Source: Histomonas meleagridis 2922-C6/04-290x
Lineage: Eukaryota > Protista > Parabasalia
Direction of reading: 5' to 3'
DNA: 64,000 nt
Assembly (NCBI GenBank): GCA_020184695.1
Contig: JAANOX010000039.1
Location: 14,912 to 78,911 of the forward strand
This document shows positions 34,636-45,843 of this stretch, in pieces. The notes below the pieces were generated by a model, which was given only the letters and a program-made list of their open reading frames with translations, ran no database searches and had not been told where the DNA came from. Every line of letters starts with the position of its first letter. The stretch's first letter is position 1. The translations under genes were made by a program, and so were the position numbers.

Positions 34636-35610
34636 ATGAGTGGAACAAGTGAATTCCCAGATTTAATTTCCTCGTTTCATTCTAATATAAATAATTTTAC
34701 AAAAATGTATAACGAAAAATCAAATGATCTTGACAATACTAAAGAAAATAGCTTTCCAGCACATTTTATATATTCAAGCCAACATAACTCAATTCTTCAT
34801 AAATACATGGACGAAAAAACAATCGAAAACCCTAAAGAAAAACTTTACGAAGATTTTGCAAACTTAAAAGATGTATATAACGAATCAAAATCAATATTTA
34901 GTCTAGCTTATAAGCCTATTAAAAACCCAAAACTATCTTCCCTTAACGCAAAAAAGAAAAAAGATATTGTTTTCTTTGATTTCTCTGGGGTTTACTTTAC
35001 TGGAAATTCTTCTTTTCGACAATTTCAAAAATTTAGCAAAATAAAAATTCTCTCCCTTCGTTGCTGTGGCTTACTTGAAATACCTTCAAGTTTAAATACT
35101 CTTCCAAAACGTCTTACATCTATTGACTTATCATATAATTTTATTTCAACACTTCCAAATGAATTAAAATGGGGTCAATTAGAAGGATTAAACTTAAGCA
35201 ACAATGCATTTTGTCAATGGCCCAACATTTTAGAACCTGAAAAATTTCCAAAACTTAATTTCCTTTCTTTATCTATGAATAATATCATATCAATTCCATC
35301 ATTTCCAAATGGATTTGGTGAATTGCATTCTTTGGATTTATCCTTTACTGCACTTAAAAGTTTTCCACAAATAATATTAAATTCGAATAAATTAACAGTA
35401 CTATCTCTTAGGGGATGTGACTTGATGGAAGGATTTTCTTTTGAGAAAATAGCATCAATGCCCCGAATAAAGTACTTAGATATTTCCAAAATTATATTAA
35501 TATCAAATGATGAAAAGCATGTCAAAGTGCCAAGCACATTAAGAATATTGGTTGCAAATGGTATGGACAAAAGCAAATTACCTAGAGGAAACTACACTGT
35601 GGTAAATTAA
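34636..35610 (+). CDS. Leucine-rich repeat protein
   Basis: Repeated LxxLxLxxN motifs (LTSIDLSYN, LEGLNLSNN, LNFLSLSMN). Confidence 0.85.
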   Translation: MSGTSEFPDLISSFHSNINNFTKMYNEKSNDLDNTKENSFPAHFIYSSQHNSILHKYMDEKTIENPKEKLYEDFANLKDVYNESKSIFSLAYKPIKNPKLSSLNAKKKKDIVFFDFSGVYFTGNSSFRQFQKFSKIKILSLRCCGLLEIPSSLNTLPKRLTSIDLSYNFISTLPNELKWGQLEGLNLSNNAFCQWPNILEPEKFPKLNFLSLSMNNIISIPSFPNGFGELHSLDLSFTALKSFPQIILNSNKLTVLSLRGCDLMEGFSFEKIASMPRIKYLDISKIILISNDEKHVKVPSTLRILVANGMDKSKLPRGNYTVVN

Positions 35611-36143
35611 TTTCGCGAAGAATTTTCACTTTACTAAAAACCTTTTCACCCAGCAATTAAACTTTTTGTATGAATTATACCACAATTTTTGATTAAAACT
35701 GTATGTATACATTTCAAAAAATGTATCAGAAAAGCTTCATTTTTTAAAAACGACGATAGTTCAATCTAGATCGTTGTAAAGTTTCAGAACGTTCTGATAG
35801 CCGATGACCGTTTTGGAAAGCATTTAATAACGACCAGATCACCCCATTTTTTGATCGTTTCTTTTATTTAAGTGTACATTGATTGTTAAAAATATACCAA
35901 ACTCTATATGATCGTATGTTTCTAACACACAATATTTTTATATTTTACTCTTAACTTTTTTATAATTTTTTGTACATATCTCAATGAGTTTATTTAAAAT
36001 TTCTTTTTATTTGCTTCGCATTGCTCCACAAACAACGCGAAGCGCATTTTTATTTGTGCATAAAGAATTTTTGCGAAATTAAATTTTTAAAAACATTTTA
36101 TAAAAAGAATTTTTAAGTGTTTATAAGCTGACAATTAAATTTA

Positions 36144-37187
36144 CTATAAGTTCATATATCCAAATAAGCTCATTAAAGATTGGGTCAATGTCTTTCCTTC
36201 TTCTTCAGCGTCGCCGGACATTTGTTTCCTGGCCAATTCTCTCATCTCCAAAATGTGGTTCCTAGAGAATGCCTTTATGCTGAATGCCATTCCCATCATT
36301 TTGTCACATTCGATCGCTTCACACTGGAGTTGATTTATCAGCTCTATGAACTCTTTCCTCGTTGTGGCAGTGAGTATTTTCTCTTGGTTCATCCTGAGGA
36401 ACGAAATTCCGACACGATATATTATCTTCATTCCTTCAAGGAAAAATGAATCCCAGATACGGAGTACAGTTGGTACTGGGAATGTGTTCGAATAAAATGT
36501 TAGAAGCCAACCACTGACAATAAGTATCCAATTATGACCAAGTCGATCAACTAACTTGGCTATGTCAGGTGTACGCTCCCGGATAATGATCTCTATCATC
36601 TTGAGATCAGCTTGGAAGCTTTTCATTTGATTACAATAATAATCTGTTGGAAGATATTTTTCAATAATTACACATAACATCCAAAGAGCTGATTCCTCTC
36701 CAACAATACGGAGAAGAAGAGCTACAATGAAGTTAAGTGATTGACAGTACCCTATTTCTGGATGTGCAATGGCAAATGCTAATAATACATTTCGAAGAGA
36801 TTCTCTTGAAAATGTATTAACATTGGGAAAAGTACGTGGAACATCAGCATCAATGACACGGATGACATTCTCAGGAATAGTATCGGACATTGATAACATT
36901 TTTTGGTAGAATCCTTGCCGTTGTTGCATTAACTCATCAACACCAGTGATTTTGAGCCATAAGAATTTGCGGTAACAATCGGGGATCCCTTTTCGTACGT
37001 GTTGTTTAAAAAGAGGGTCTTTAATATTAATTTTTTGGATTCCACCAATTGAAAAAATATATTGTTGCCATTCCTTAAGATTGGCTTCTCGGGTTGTCCT
37101 AGAATACTCTATAAATTTTCTGGTCGTTTCTTGACTCCATTTATTTGGAAATCCATATTCATCGATATAGAGTTGCTCAGTTTCCAT
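36144..37187 (-). CDS. TBC-domain RabGAP
   Basis: VRKGIP, IDADVPRTF (Arg finger), IGYCQSLNFI (Gln finger), LRIWDSFFLEG. Confidence 0.95.
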   Translation of the reverse strand: METEQLYIDEYGFPNKWSQETTRKFIEYSRTTREANLKEWQQYIFSIGGIQKINIKDPLFKQHVRKGIPDCYRKFLWLKITGVDELMQQRQGFYQKMLSMSDTIPENVIRVIDADVPRTFPNVNTFSRESLRNVLLAFAIAHPEIGYCQSLNFIVALLLRIVGEESALWMLCVIIEKYLPTDYYCNQMKSFQADLKMIEIIIRERTPDIAKLVDRLGHNWILIVSGWLLTFYSNTFPVPTVLRIWDSFFLEGMKIIYRVGISFLRMNQEKILTATTRKEFIELINQLQCEAIECDKMMGMAFSIKAFSRNHILEMRELARKQMSGDAEEEGKTLTQSLMSLFGYMNL

Positions 37188-37687
37188 TTAGAACATAAAC
37201 TTAAGAAATCCTAATCAGCATTCTGAATTTTCTGAAAGAATAAACAGTACACTTTTATATTTTTATATAAAGTTCACAATTTTTTGATAGCTGGTTATTC
37301 GTGCTGTAAATCCAGCAGAAGACAAGATTCGATTATTTAAGCATGTTTAATTGAAGCAGCTGTTTAAGTAAAAAAAGCCCAATATATCACAAGCTTTTAA
37401 CTAAGCCTCAGGTTTTATTGATTACAAATTCTCATTTCAATAAACACATATTTTAAAAAGCGTTACTTACTTGCTTAAAAAATTGTTTAAGCTATTTTTT
37501 TTTTCCATCCACAAGGACTTGAAAGCATGTTGAGATGTTCTTTGTTGTACTTTTGTGTAATTTTTTGAAATATTTCAACTCATACGATAGAAATTCAATC
37601 GATTCTTTGATGTAAACAATTGAAATTTTTTTGATCGTATGGTAATTTTTTACCCTTTATCATTTAAAGTATTGAAAAAGTGTCCAG

Positions 37688-38725
37688 ATGAGGAGAAGAA
37701 ACCCTACGCCTCCTAAAAACATAACACCAACAGCAACACCAGCTCCTGCTTCAAACAAATGGTCAGATCTTGCAGTTCGCGTTGGTAGTTCAATTCTATT
37801 AATTGCAATAGAACTTACAATAATTGCAGCTGGGCATGTTGCAATTTTTGCTGAAATCTTTATATTACAATATGTCGTTGTATATGAACTTATGGCTGCT
37901 GGAAGAAAACCAGAAGAAGAAAAGAAAATACCTCTTTTTACAAAAGCCTTTCCTTATATTTTAACAACTTTAATATCATATGCAGTTTCAGCTCCAGGAA
38001 TTGTTGAGGAAATTATAGGTGAATGTAGTTTCATGAAATATCATGCATTGTTTTGCTTCTTCATAGGATCCATTTTATTAGTCTTATTTGTTATCAGTCT
38101 CAATCCAGTCAATCTTGCTTATTCCTTTGATCGCTTAGGGTGGTCCATTGTTAGCGTTGTTCTACTTGTTGTACCAGCAAATTTATACGTCAAAGTTTCC
38201 CGTTTCTCTTTGTTCTGGTTCTTTAACTCAGTTTGCGCGGTCGCACTGAATGATAGTTGTGCCTATTTTTGCGGACGTATCTTTGGTCATACTCCTTTGA
38301 TTGCATTATCTCCAAAAAAGACAGTCGAAGGCTTTGTTGGTGCGTTGTTTTGTTGCGTTGCCATTTCGTTCTTCCTCCCGATTCTGTTTTCCAAATTTCC
38401 ATTCACATATTGTGAAAATGTAAAACCATTTGCATTTCACACTGAATGTAATCCGCCTCCGGAATTCGTGAAACAACAATACAACATCTTTGGCTTCTCG
38501 TTTGAAGCTTTCCCTGCTCAACTTCATTCCATCGTTTTTTATGTTTTCTCATCTCTGATCGCACCATTCGGAGGTTTCTTAGCCTCCGGACTTAAGCGTG
38601 TTCATGGACTTAAAGACTTTGGTAACGTCATTCCCGGACATGGTGGAATCCTAGATAGAGTCGATTGTGAGTTTATTATGGCTACATTCGCATATCTTTA
38701 TATCAAATCAGTAATTCGCAACTAA
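37688..38725 (+). CDS. CDS: Phosphatidate cytidylyltransferase (CDP-DAG synthase)
   Basis: LNDSCAYFCG, LSPKKTVEGF, APFGGFLASGLKR, KDFGNVIPGHGGILDRVDC. Confidence 0.95.
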   Translation: MRRRNPTPPKNITPTATPAPASNKWSDLAVRVGSSILLIAIELTIIAAGHVAIFAEIFILQYVVVYELMAAGRKPEEEKKIPLFTKAFPYILTTLISYAVSAPGIVEEIIGECSFMKYHALFCFFIGSILLVLFVISLNPVNLAYSFDRLGWSIVSVVLLVVPANLYVKVSRFSLFWFFNSVCAVALNDSCAYFCGRIFGHTPLIALSPKKTVEGFVGALFCCVAISFFLPILFSKFPFTYCENVKPFAFHTECNPPPEFVKQQYNIFGFSFEAFPAQLHSIVFYVFSSLIAPFGGFLASGLKRVHGLKDFGNVIPGHGGILDRVDCEFIMATFAYLYIKSVIRN

Positions 38726-39037
38726 ATAAAAGATTTTAACGTATTGTACTTTTTGCAAATCATTTTAAATTTCATGATATCAAACAAAAGTAATAATGTT
38801 GGAAAAAGTTACGTTGAACAAATGCAATTGCCTAAACCTAGAAAATTTGTTAGTTGATGTGATCTGGAGAATTTTAGATATTTTCAATTTGATTCCTGAA
38901 TTGTTTCATTTCCAACTGGCAAATGTAAAACATAAACACATTGGAAATTTTTAAATGAAATAATCCGTAATTTTATAAGAAATAAAGCAGCATTTAAATA
39001 TTCGCAGGGTGAAAAAAAATATTGGGGTGGGTCGACC

Positions 39038-39084
39038 AGCGGTTATTGTTCAATTTCGGTTATTAACGGTTTGGTCGTTCCTTT
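39038..39084 (+). promoter_or_regulatory. M3-like (AGCGGTTA 39038-45, AACGGTTT 39065-72) and M5-like (CCTTT 39080-84) core promoter elements of RPS26
   Basis: Matches the Trichomonas M3 (HRCSGTTD) and M5 (CCTTT) motifs, just upstream of ATG 39090. Confidence 0.55.
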
Positions 39085-39089
39085 TCTTC

Positions 39090-39434
39090 ATGCCACAAAA
39101 GAGGAGAAACTGTGGACGTTCAAAGATGAACGCCGGTCGTAAGAAGATTGTTAACTGCATGAATTGCGGTCGTATGGTTCCACGTGATAAGGCTATTAAA
39201 CGTTTCATGACCAAGAATATGGTTGATAGTTCATCTGCTAAAGATGTTATGGATGCATCCATCTACAAAGAATATGAATTCCCAAAGACATATCAAAAAT
39301 GCTTCTACTGCGTTTCATGCGCATGCCACCGTCGTATTGTTCGTGTTCGTAATGCCAACCTTCGCCACGTTCGTGTACCATTTTTCTTAAAGCAACAACG
39401 CGAGAAAGCTGAATCCCGTCAACAAAAGCAATAA
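39090..39434 (+). CDS. RPS26: 40S ribosomal protein S26 (eS26)
   Basis: MPQKRRNCGRSK...CMNCGRMVPRDKAIKRF...YCVSCACHRRIVRVR. Confidence 0.97.
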   Translation: MPQKRRNCGRSKMNAGRKKIVNCMNCGRMVPRDKAIKRFMTKNMVDSSSAKDVMDASIYKEYEFPKTYQKCFYCVSCACHRRIVRVRNANLRHVRVPFFLKQQREKAESRQQKQ

Positions 39435-39665
39435 ATCTACTATTCGTATTTAGCCATATTTTGGGACATAAATCACATAAAAGCTCTTCTGCTTTCTCCT
39501 TTTCTATTTAATTTTGTATATTAGTGGGAAATTGTTTATTTTAGGGTTCTAAAACATGTTTTCATAATTATGAAATTGTAAACCATTTAATACTCAACTT
39601 TTTAAAACCTTTATTTGAGATAGCGATTTTAGTTTCCACTAAATGTTAAAGAAATTATTTTTTAC

Positions 39666-40247
39666 TCAGCATTTGCAACCAGAATTAGTTGTATTTGATG
39701 TGTACTGAGTTGGTGGTGGCATTGGTGTTTTGACTCCACGCCTGAAAATTTGTGTGGCAACCCGAACGAAAGCTTCTCTAACATTTGTTCCATCAGCTGC
39801 GGATGTTTCCAAATATGTGATTTGCTGTTGTTGAGCAAGCTGTTCGGCTTCTGAGAGTGTGACAACTCTTTTATTTACCAAATCAGCCTTATTTCCGACT
39901 AAAATAACAACAGCAGTAGGATCGCAGAGTGTTCTTACATCAGCCATCCACATATTTACTTCGTCAAATGACTTTCTATCAGTAATATCAAATGCTAAAA
40001 TTACACCGACTGCATTCCTAAAATACGCCTTAGCAATGGATCTGAAACGTTCTTGACCAGCTGTATCCCAAATTTGAAGTTTTACCTGTTGGTTATCAAT
40101 ATCAATGATTGTTGAATCAAATTCAACACCAATTGTTGATTGTGATTGTTGTTTAAAAGTGTTTTCTACAAGCCTCTTTAAGAGAGCTGTTTTACCGACA
40201 CCACTTGAACCAATGATAATAAATTTGTAGCTGAGAAGGTTCGACAT
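39666..40247 (-). CDS. Rab GTPase (Rab2/4/11/14-like group)
   Basis: GSSGVGKT, STIGVEF, WDTAGQERFRSI, GNKAD, ETSA and C-terminal CKC. Confidence 0.92.
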   Translation of the reverse strand: MSNLLSYKFIIIGSSGVGKTALLKRLVENTFKQQSQSTIGVEFDSTIIDIDNQQVKLQIWDTAGQERFRSIAKAYFRNAVGVILAFDITDRKSFDEVNMWMADVRTLCDPTAVVILVGNKADLVNKRVVTLSEAEQLAQQQQITYLETSAADGTNVREAFVRVATQIFRRGVKTPMPPPTQYTSNTTNSGCKC

Positions 40248-40556
40248 TTACAAATTAAGGATTTGAACAAATAAGCATTGAAATTTTGCAAAAAAAATCA
40301 TTTAAACGATAGCACGATGCCAAGGGCAAAAACCGTTATCATCGTACAAAAAGTGAAAATGGATTAACCTCTTCTTTCTTTGTTTAAAAAATATCCTTGA
40401 AACTATTTATTTCTAGTAATTATAACTCAAAAAATAAATGTTTTCGACTCGAAAATTTCGAGTGATGGATTTTATTAGAGTAAACATCTATTTAATGAAG
40501 AAGTAATTTTGTTTGAAATTTTGTCACTTTTTTGCTATCATTTCTTACATTTGCAA

Positions 40557-42468
40557 ATGGAATATTCCACAAATAGAAATCTTAACAGTAAATTTGATAT
40601 ATATTTTGAAGAACTAAAGTTCTCTTGAATATATAATATTTCATTTAACTGATGAAAACTTGAATTTATCAATCGAACAAACAATGAAACTATTTGATTC
40701 AAATTCACCATATTCATATAACTTAATCATAAGTATTTTAATTTATTTTGCATTTTCTTCATCTCAAAAAATTACATGTGATTTGTATATAAATTATTTA
40801 CAAGCAATTCAAGCAAAAGAAGAAGAATTAAATAAAGATGTACCAAAAATAATTGATATTTTTTAAATTTTATATCCAAATATGATTCAAAAGAAACTTA
40901 TTTTTTAATTGAGAATATGATTAGTAAAAATTTAATTGATGCAAACATAACAAAAAAATTTCAATATGGTTATTTTATGCATTATAACAAAAAAGAAGAA
41001 AATGACTTCATTGTTAATAATACCCGTTTTTTGAGTAGTTCAATCAGGCAAAGAATGAAATTAGCAGAGGAAATCATAAAAAATTATGAAGAACTTTCAA
41101 AGAATGATTGGGAACTCCACAAAAAATTAATTAAAGAAGGAGTTAATCCAAATGAAATTGCAAAAATCATTCGAAATGATGAAATCGATAAACTTCAAGA
41201 AATATCATCACAAACAAATTTTGATTTTAATCAAAAAATAGAACCATCGCTTTATGAAAGATGTTCATTTAATAATATTAAAATTCAACCATCACTATAT
41301 GCAAATCATTCATTTATTAATGTTACATTAATTGATTATGCAGCATTTTTTTCTTCAGTAAAATGTTTTAAATATTTACTTATGAATGGAGCAAATGTAG
41401 AAAACACAGGTAAATACGCTGTTGCAGGTGGAAATGAAGAAATCATTCATTTATGTGAGCAAAATCATTCATCATTTGAAGATGCATATGAAACAGCAAT
41501 TGAATTTCATCGAAATGATATCTTTAAATATATTTATGAAAACAAATTAGAAAAAATGAAAGAAAATATAGATATTTTAGGTTATTTTTGTGTTAAAAGT
41601 GGAAATTATAAAATTCTTTCATTTTTGGAAAAAGAAATAAATATTAGTAAACATATAAATGAATCAGCAGAAATAGGAAACTTATATTTGGTTAAACATT
41701 TTCTTCTAAATAACCAAATTCCTAATAATATTTTAGTTTTCTCTGTATTATCAGGAAATTTTGAACTTGTTAAATATATTCTCGAGCAAAAAGGAATCGA
41801 TATAAATGAAAATAATTTTAATTTGTTTTGTTTGGATTTTCTTTATATAATTGGAGATATTAAAATGATATTTAAAAATTATTTCAAATATTTAAAACAG
41901 CACTTTTGATCGCATCAGAAAAAGGTCATACAGAAATAGTTAAATTACTTCTTGAACAAAAAGGAATTGATATTAATGCTAAAAATATTTAATTGTTTTA
42001 TTTTGGATTTATTTTAATAATTTTATATTTCAAAATAATATTTGGAAATTATTTAAATTATTTAATACAGCACTTATTTTAGCATCAGAAAAAGGTCATA
42101 CAGAAATAGTTAAATTACTACTTGATCTAAAAATATTCAATATTAATGATCAAAATATTAATTTGTTTTATTTAAAACATGTTTTATTAATTTTATATTT
42201 CAAAATAATATTTGGAAATTATTTAAATTATTTAATACAGCACTTATGAAAGCATCAGAAAAAGTCATACAGAAACAGTTAAATTACTTCTTGAACAAAA
42301 AGGAATTGATATTAATGCTAAAGATATGTTTTCGTTAAACTTTTTTATGTTTCAAAATTTTTTTTTTGGTAATTATTTAAATCATATCATTCAGCACTTA
42401 TGTTTGCATCTTCGAAAAATCAAACAGAAATAGTAAAATTATTACAATATTTTGAGAATAAAAAATGA
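40557..42468 (+). pseudogene. DUF3447/ankyrin-repeat gene, locus 3, with four spacers and at least three frameshifts
   Basis: Frameshifts near 40620, 40862 and 42263. Ankyrin blocks at 41897, 42067, 42237 and 42391; TGA at 42466-68. Confidence 0.7.
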
Positions 42469-42638
42469 TAACATAAAAAAAAAATTTAACCATTTAAAAA
42501 CAAACAAAATCCATATTTATATAAATTGTGCAATTTTTGTGTTCATATTTGTTAAATCCAACCATACATACAACAATATATATACATAACATAACAATTG
42601 TATTGAAAACGACAAATGAAAATATTTATATAAAAAAT

Positions 42639-45383
42639 TTATTCATTTGACAATTTAACAATAGTTTCATTTATAAGATTTCTTAAACTCTTAATTGATT
42701 TAATTGATTTATCCTCATCTTCATCATCTATATCTTCTTCCTCTTCTTTTCTTTCTTCTTCATTTGAGAAGACATCTGTAAGTGTATCTATTAGCCATGG
42801 CAATGATTTCTTTTTGAGTTGTATTTTAGCTAAAGAATTAATTAAATGTTTCACAATATCAATTGAAACATCAGTTTTAGCTTCATTTACCATTTTCAAA
42901 ATAATTGGATGTGCAGGATGTACTTCATCTTTAGTTTGAGGTGCATCTACAGCAATACTCAAACAGATTTTTGCTAAGCATTCATATGCAAGATTATATA
43001 CATTAACTCCATAACCATTTTCTATTTCAATAGCATTTATATAAACACTTAAAATAGAGAAAAATGGTTCTCCATCATATACATGTAAAGATAACATATC
43101 CGCAAAAAGAGTCATTAAAGTTTTCAACACTTGAAAAGGTAATGATTCTTCATCATTTAATGTTTCTTCATTATATACACTTAAAATTCCTGGAACAAAA
43201 AGTTCAAATATTGATTTATGAATAATATGTATTGATGTTTCAAATAGTTCGGGATTTTTTTCTTGTAATACTTGAATTGCTAAATGGACTCTAAGCGCAA
43301 TAGATAATTCTATTATTTGTATTAAACATTGACCTGGAAGTTCATTCGCAATTCTTTCAGAGTTTTGACTAATTCTTTCGATTTCTTCTTCAGGTGAAAT
43401 TTCGGAATTTTCATCATTATCAAATAAAATTGAAATATTTTCATTCCATTCGAATGGAATATTTAATTTTAATAAAAGAATAGGAACAAACTTATTTAAA
43501 CTACTTAATAATTCTTGAATTATATCTGATTGAGAAATAACAATTTTCCTAAGTTCTGAATGTGCAAAAATAAATGATAAAAATCGAATTGAACGTATTA
43601 ATTCATCGATATTTGTTTCATTTTCATTTAATGTTACAGTATCTGAAATAACTTTCACTAAATTTGGAAAATATGTTTGAATTGTTTTCCATTTAACTAA
43701 ACATCTAAGTGCATCTGACCATGCATCATTATCATTCGATTGTAAATATTCAAGTACCATATTATCTTCACCAGAAGCAGGTTGAAATAATGATAAAAAC
43801 CTAAAAAGAAATGAATGTAATTCAGGATTCAACTTTGTTAATAACATTTGAGGATTTAAATTAGGAAAAGTTCGATTCCTCATTTCAGTGAGTTGTTCAG
43901 AATCTTTAACACGTGCAGCAACTGCTTCCATTGTTGATGATATAATAACCCATATTGCGCATTCTGGTTTCAATTCTTGTTTTTCTAAATCATCAACATC
44001 TTCAAATGGAGGAAGAACCATTTCTGTATCAGTATCAACTAATTTAACACTTGGAAGTTTAGGATTTTGACCCTTCATAACTTTATCAGACCAAAAATAC
44101 GCAAAACGTAAAAAACATAAAATTTCATCAACAGAAACATATTTTGGAAGACACTTATAAAACTTTTCGGCTGCAGAAAGACTTTTTCGCATTAAAAAAA
44201 GACATCTAGCAACTCTTCTTGTATTTATAGCATGTTCTTTTTTCTTGTCTATAGGCGGAGGGAAAAGTGATGGATGTAAAAGTTGACAAATTGCTTCGGA
44301 ACATTTAGCAGTATCAAATTTCATTCTATAAATTAAATGGTCGATATGAACCAATTTAAAAATGTTAATATTATCAAATGGATTAATTGTTGTAAGTAAT
44401 TTAATGAATTGAATTCTTACGGATTCAACAGGATCATGTAAAAGATATCCAAGATTTGGTAAATATTGAACAATGCTTTCAATGCTTTCAGCACGTTGTA
44501 AAAGAAAATCAAGTCCTTCTAAAACTGCGCATCGTACAGCTGATGATGACCCATCAAAACATAATTCAGTTGATAAGTATTTGATAAATTCTGTTCGAGG
44601 TTGAGGTGGAATTAAATCCCACCATTCATAAAGTATTCGACATGTTGATTTAGCAGCTTCACAACGAACTTTCGGACTTTCATCGGATAATGATGATTGA
44701 ATTTCTTCAATTTGAGTTTCAAGAAGTGAAAGATTTTTGTCAGAAGAAAATTTTGGTGATTGAAGTGGAAATGCTGAAACAAATAACATAAGAGTATTTT
44801 GTCGGACAATTGGATTGGCTGCATGAAGATATCGAAATACGACAGGTTCATATAGGTGTACCATTGATTTACTGAGTTGATTACGTAATCGCCGTTTGGA
44901 ATGAAAAGCATTTAAAAACATTCTACAGTTTTTGGCGAAACTTGGTGAGGCTGATAATATTGATGAGTCTATTATATCTTTTAGAAGCCCTGTTTCTATT
45001 GTGGCTTTTTCATTGGAATTTGCTGCAAGCCATGAATTAACTATAACATCACCAATTGTTGTAGATGCCTCGGTGTTAGCTACTTGAAGTGCTTGCTTTA
45101 TTGCTAATGTAATTTCACTGATCCGAAATAAAGAATAAAGAACAACAGTCGAAAGAAACTTCCTTGATTTATCTGCTTTCAGAAAATTCGGAGATAAAAA
45201 ACATTTGTCAATTGACTTGTTTAATGATCCTGCTTCTGGTAAATTAAGTTTTTCTCCAACATTTTTCTTATATAGTTTAATCGCATTATTTACATCTTTT
45301 GATTTTGCTGTTTTTAGTAGGGCTGCTTTGAAGGCATTATTTGTTTCGTTGTATTTGGTTTGCTCTGTTTCTTCGGAATTCAT
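42639..45383 (-). CDS. NCAPG2: Condensin II subunit CAP-G2
   Basis: LYEPVVFRYLHAANPIVRQNTLMLFVSAFPL, LSDESPKVR, FDGSSSAVRCAVLEGL and LLHDPVESVR match CAP-G2 HEAT motifs. Confidence 0.88.
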   Translation of the reverse strand: MNSEETEQTKYNETNNAFKAALLKTAKSKDVNNAIKLYKKNVGEKLNLPEAGSLNKSIDKCFLSPNFLKADKSRKFLSTVVLYSLFRISEITLAIKQALQVANTEASTTIGDVIVNSWLAANSNEKATIETGLLKDIIDSSILSASPSFAKNCRMFLNAFHSKRRLRNQLSKSMVHLYEPVVFRYLHAANPIVRQNTLMLFVSAFPLQSPKFSSDKNLSLLETQIEEIQSSLSDESPKVRCEAAKSTCRILYEWWDLIPPQPRTEFIKYLSTELCFDGSSSAVRCAVLEGLDFLLQRAESIESIVQYLPNLGYLLHDPVESVRIQFIKLLTTINPFDNINIFKLVHIDHLIYRMKFDTAKCSEAICQLLHPSLFPPPIDKKKEHAINTRRVARCLFLMRKSLSAAEKFYKCLPKYVSVDEILCFLRFAYFWSDKVMKGQNPKLPSVKLVDTDTEMVLPPFEDVDDLEKQELKPECAIWVIISSTMEAVAARVKDSEQLTEMRNRTFPNLNPQMLLTKLNPELHSFLFRFLSLFQPASGEDNMVLEYLQSNDNDAWSDALRCLVKWKTIQTYFPNLVKVISDTVTLNENETNIDELIRSIRFLSFIFAHSELRKIVISQSDIIQELLSSLNKFVPILLLKLNIPFEWNENISILFDNDENSEISPEEEIERISQNSERIANELPGQCLIQIIELSIALRVHLAIQVLQEKNPELFETSIHIIHKSIFELFVPGILSVYNEETLNDEESLPFQVLKTLMTLFADMLSLHVYDGEPFFSILSVYINAIEIENGYGVNVYNLAYECLAKICLSIAVDAPQTKDEVHPAHPIILKMVNEAKTDVSIDIVKHLINSLAKIQLKKKSLPWLIDTLTDVFSNEEERKEEEEDIDDEDEDKSIKSIKSLRNLINETIVKLSNE

Positions 45384-45843
45384 TGGTTATTAATTAATAA
45401 ACGGCCTATATCAAATTATAAACGTTCTTTGTCAAATAAACGTTTTGAATTTGAACTCACCCACAGTATATTTGAGCGCACATAGATGTAATCGTTCAAT
45501 AAAAAAAGCATTTCATTAGTATCATTTTCTTCTGTTTATTTAATAAAATAAACAGAAAATGTCAATTTTTTCTCACTCTCAAATACTATATTTTCGTACT
45601 ACAAATTCATCTATTGGTAACACTATGAAAAAAGATATAAATTTTCAATTTTTCAACTTAAAGAATCAACACCATATAATAATATTATTATTATTTCAAA
45701 CAAAATATCATATATAAATGGAATTCAAAAAATATAAATATGAAATTGTAATAGGTATATTTTTATTTATTAACAAAACGAAAGTCTTATATTGAAATAT
45801 TTTGATTTTTATACATTAACATCTTTAACAAATGAATTCTTTA

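Noticed and set aside
36013-36046. GCTTCGC...GCGAAGC hairpin between convergent LRR and TBC genes as a terminator
   Set aside because: A 7-bp stem with a long loop; bacterial-type terminators are not expected in this context.
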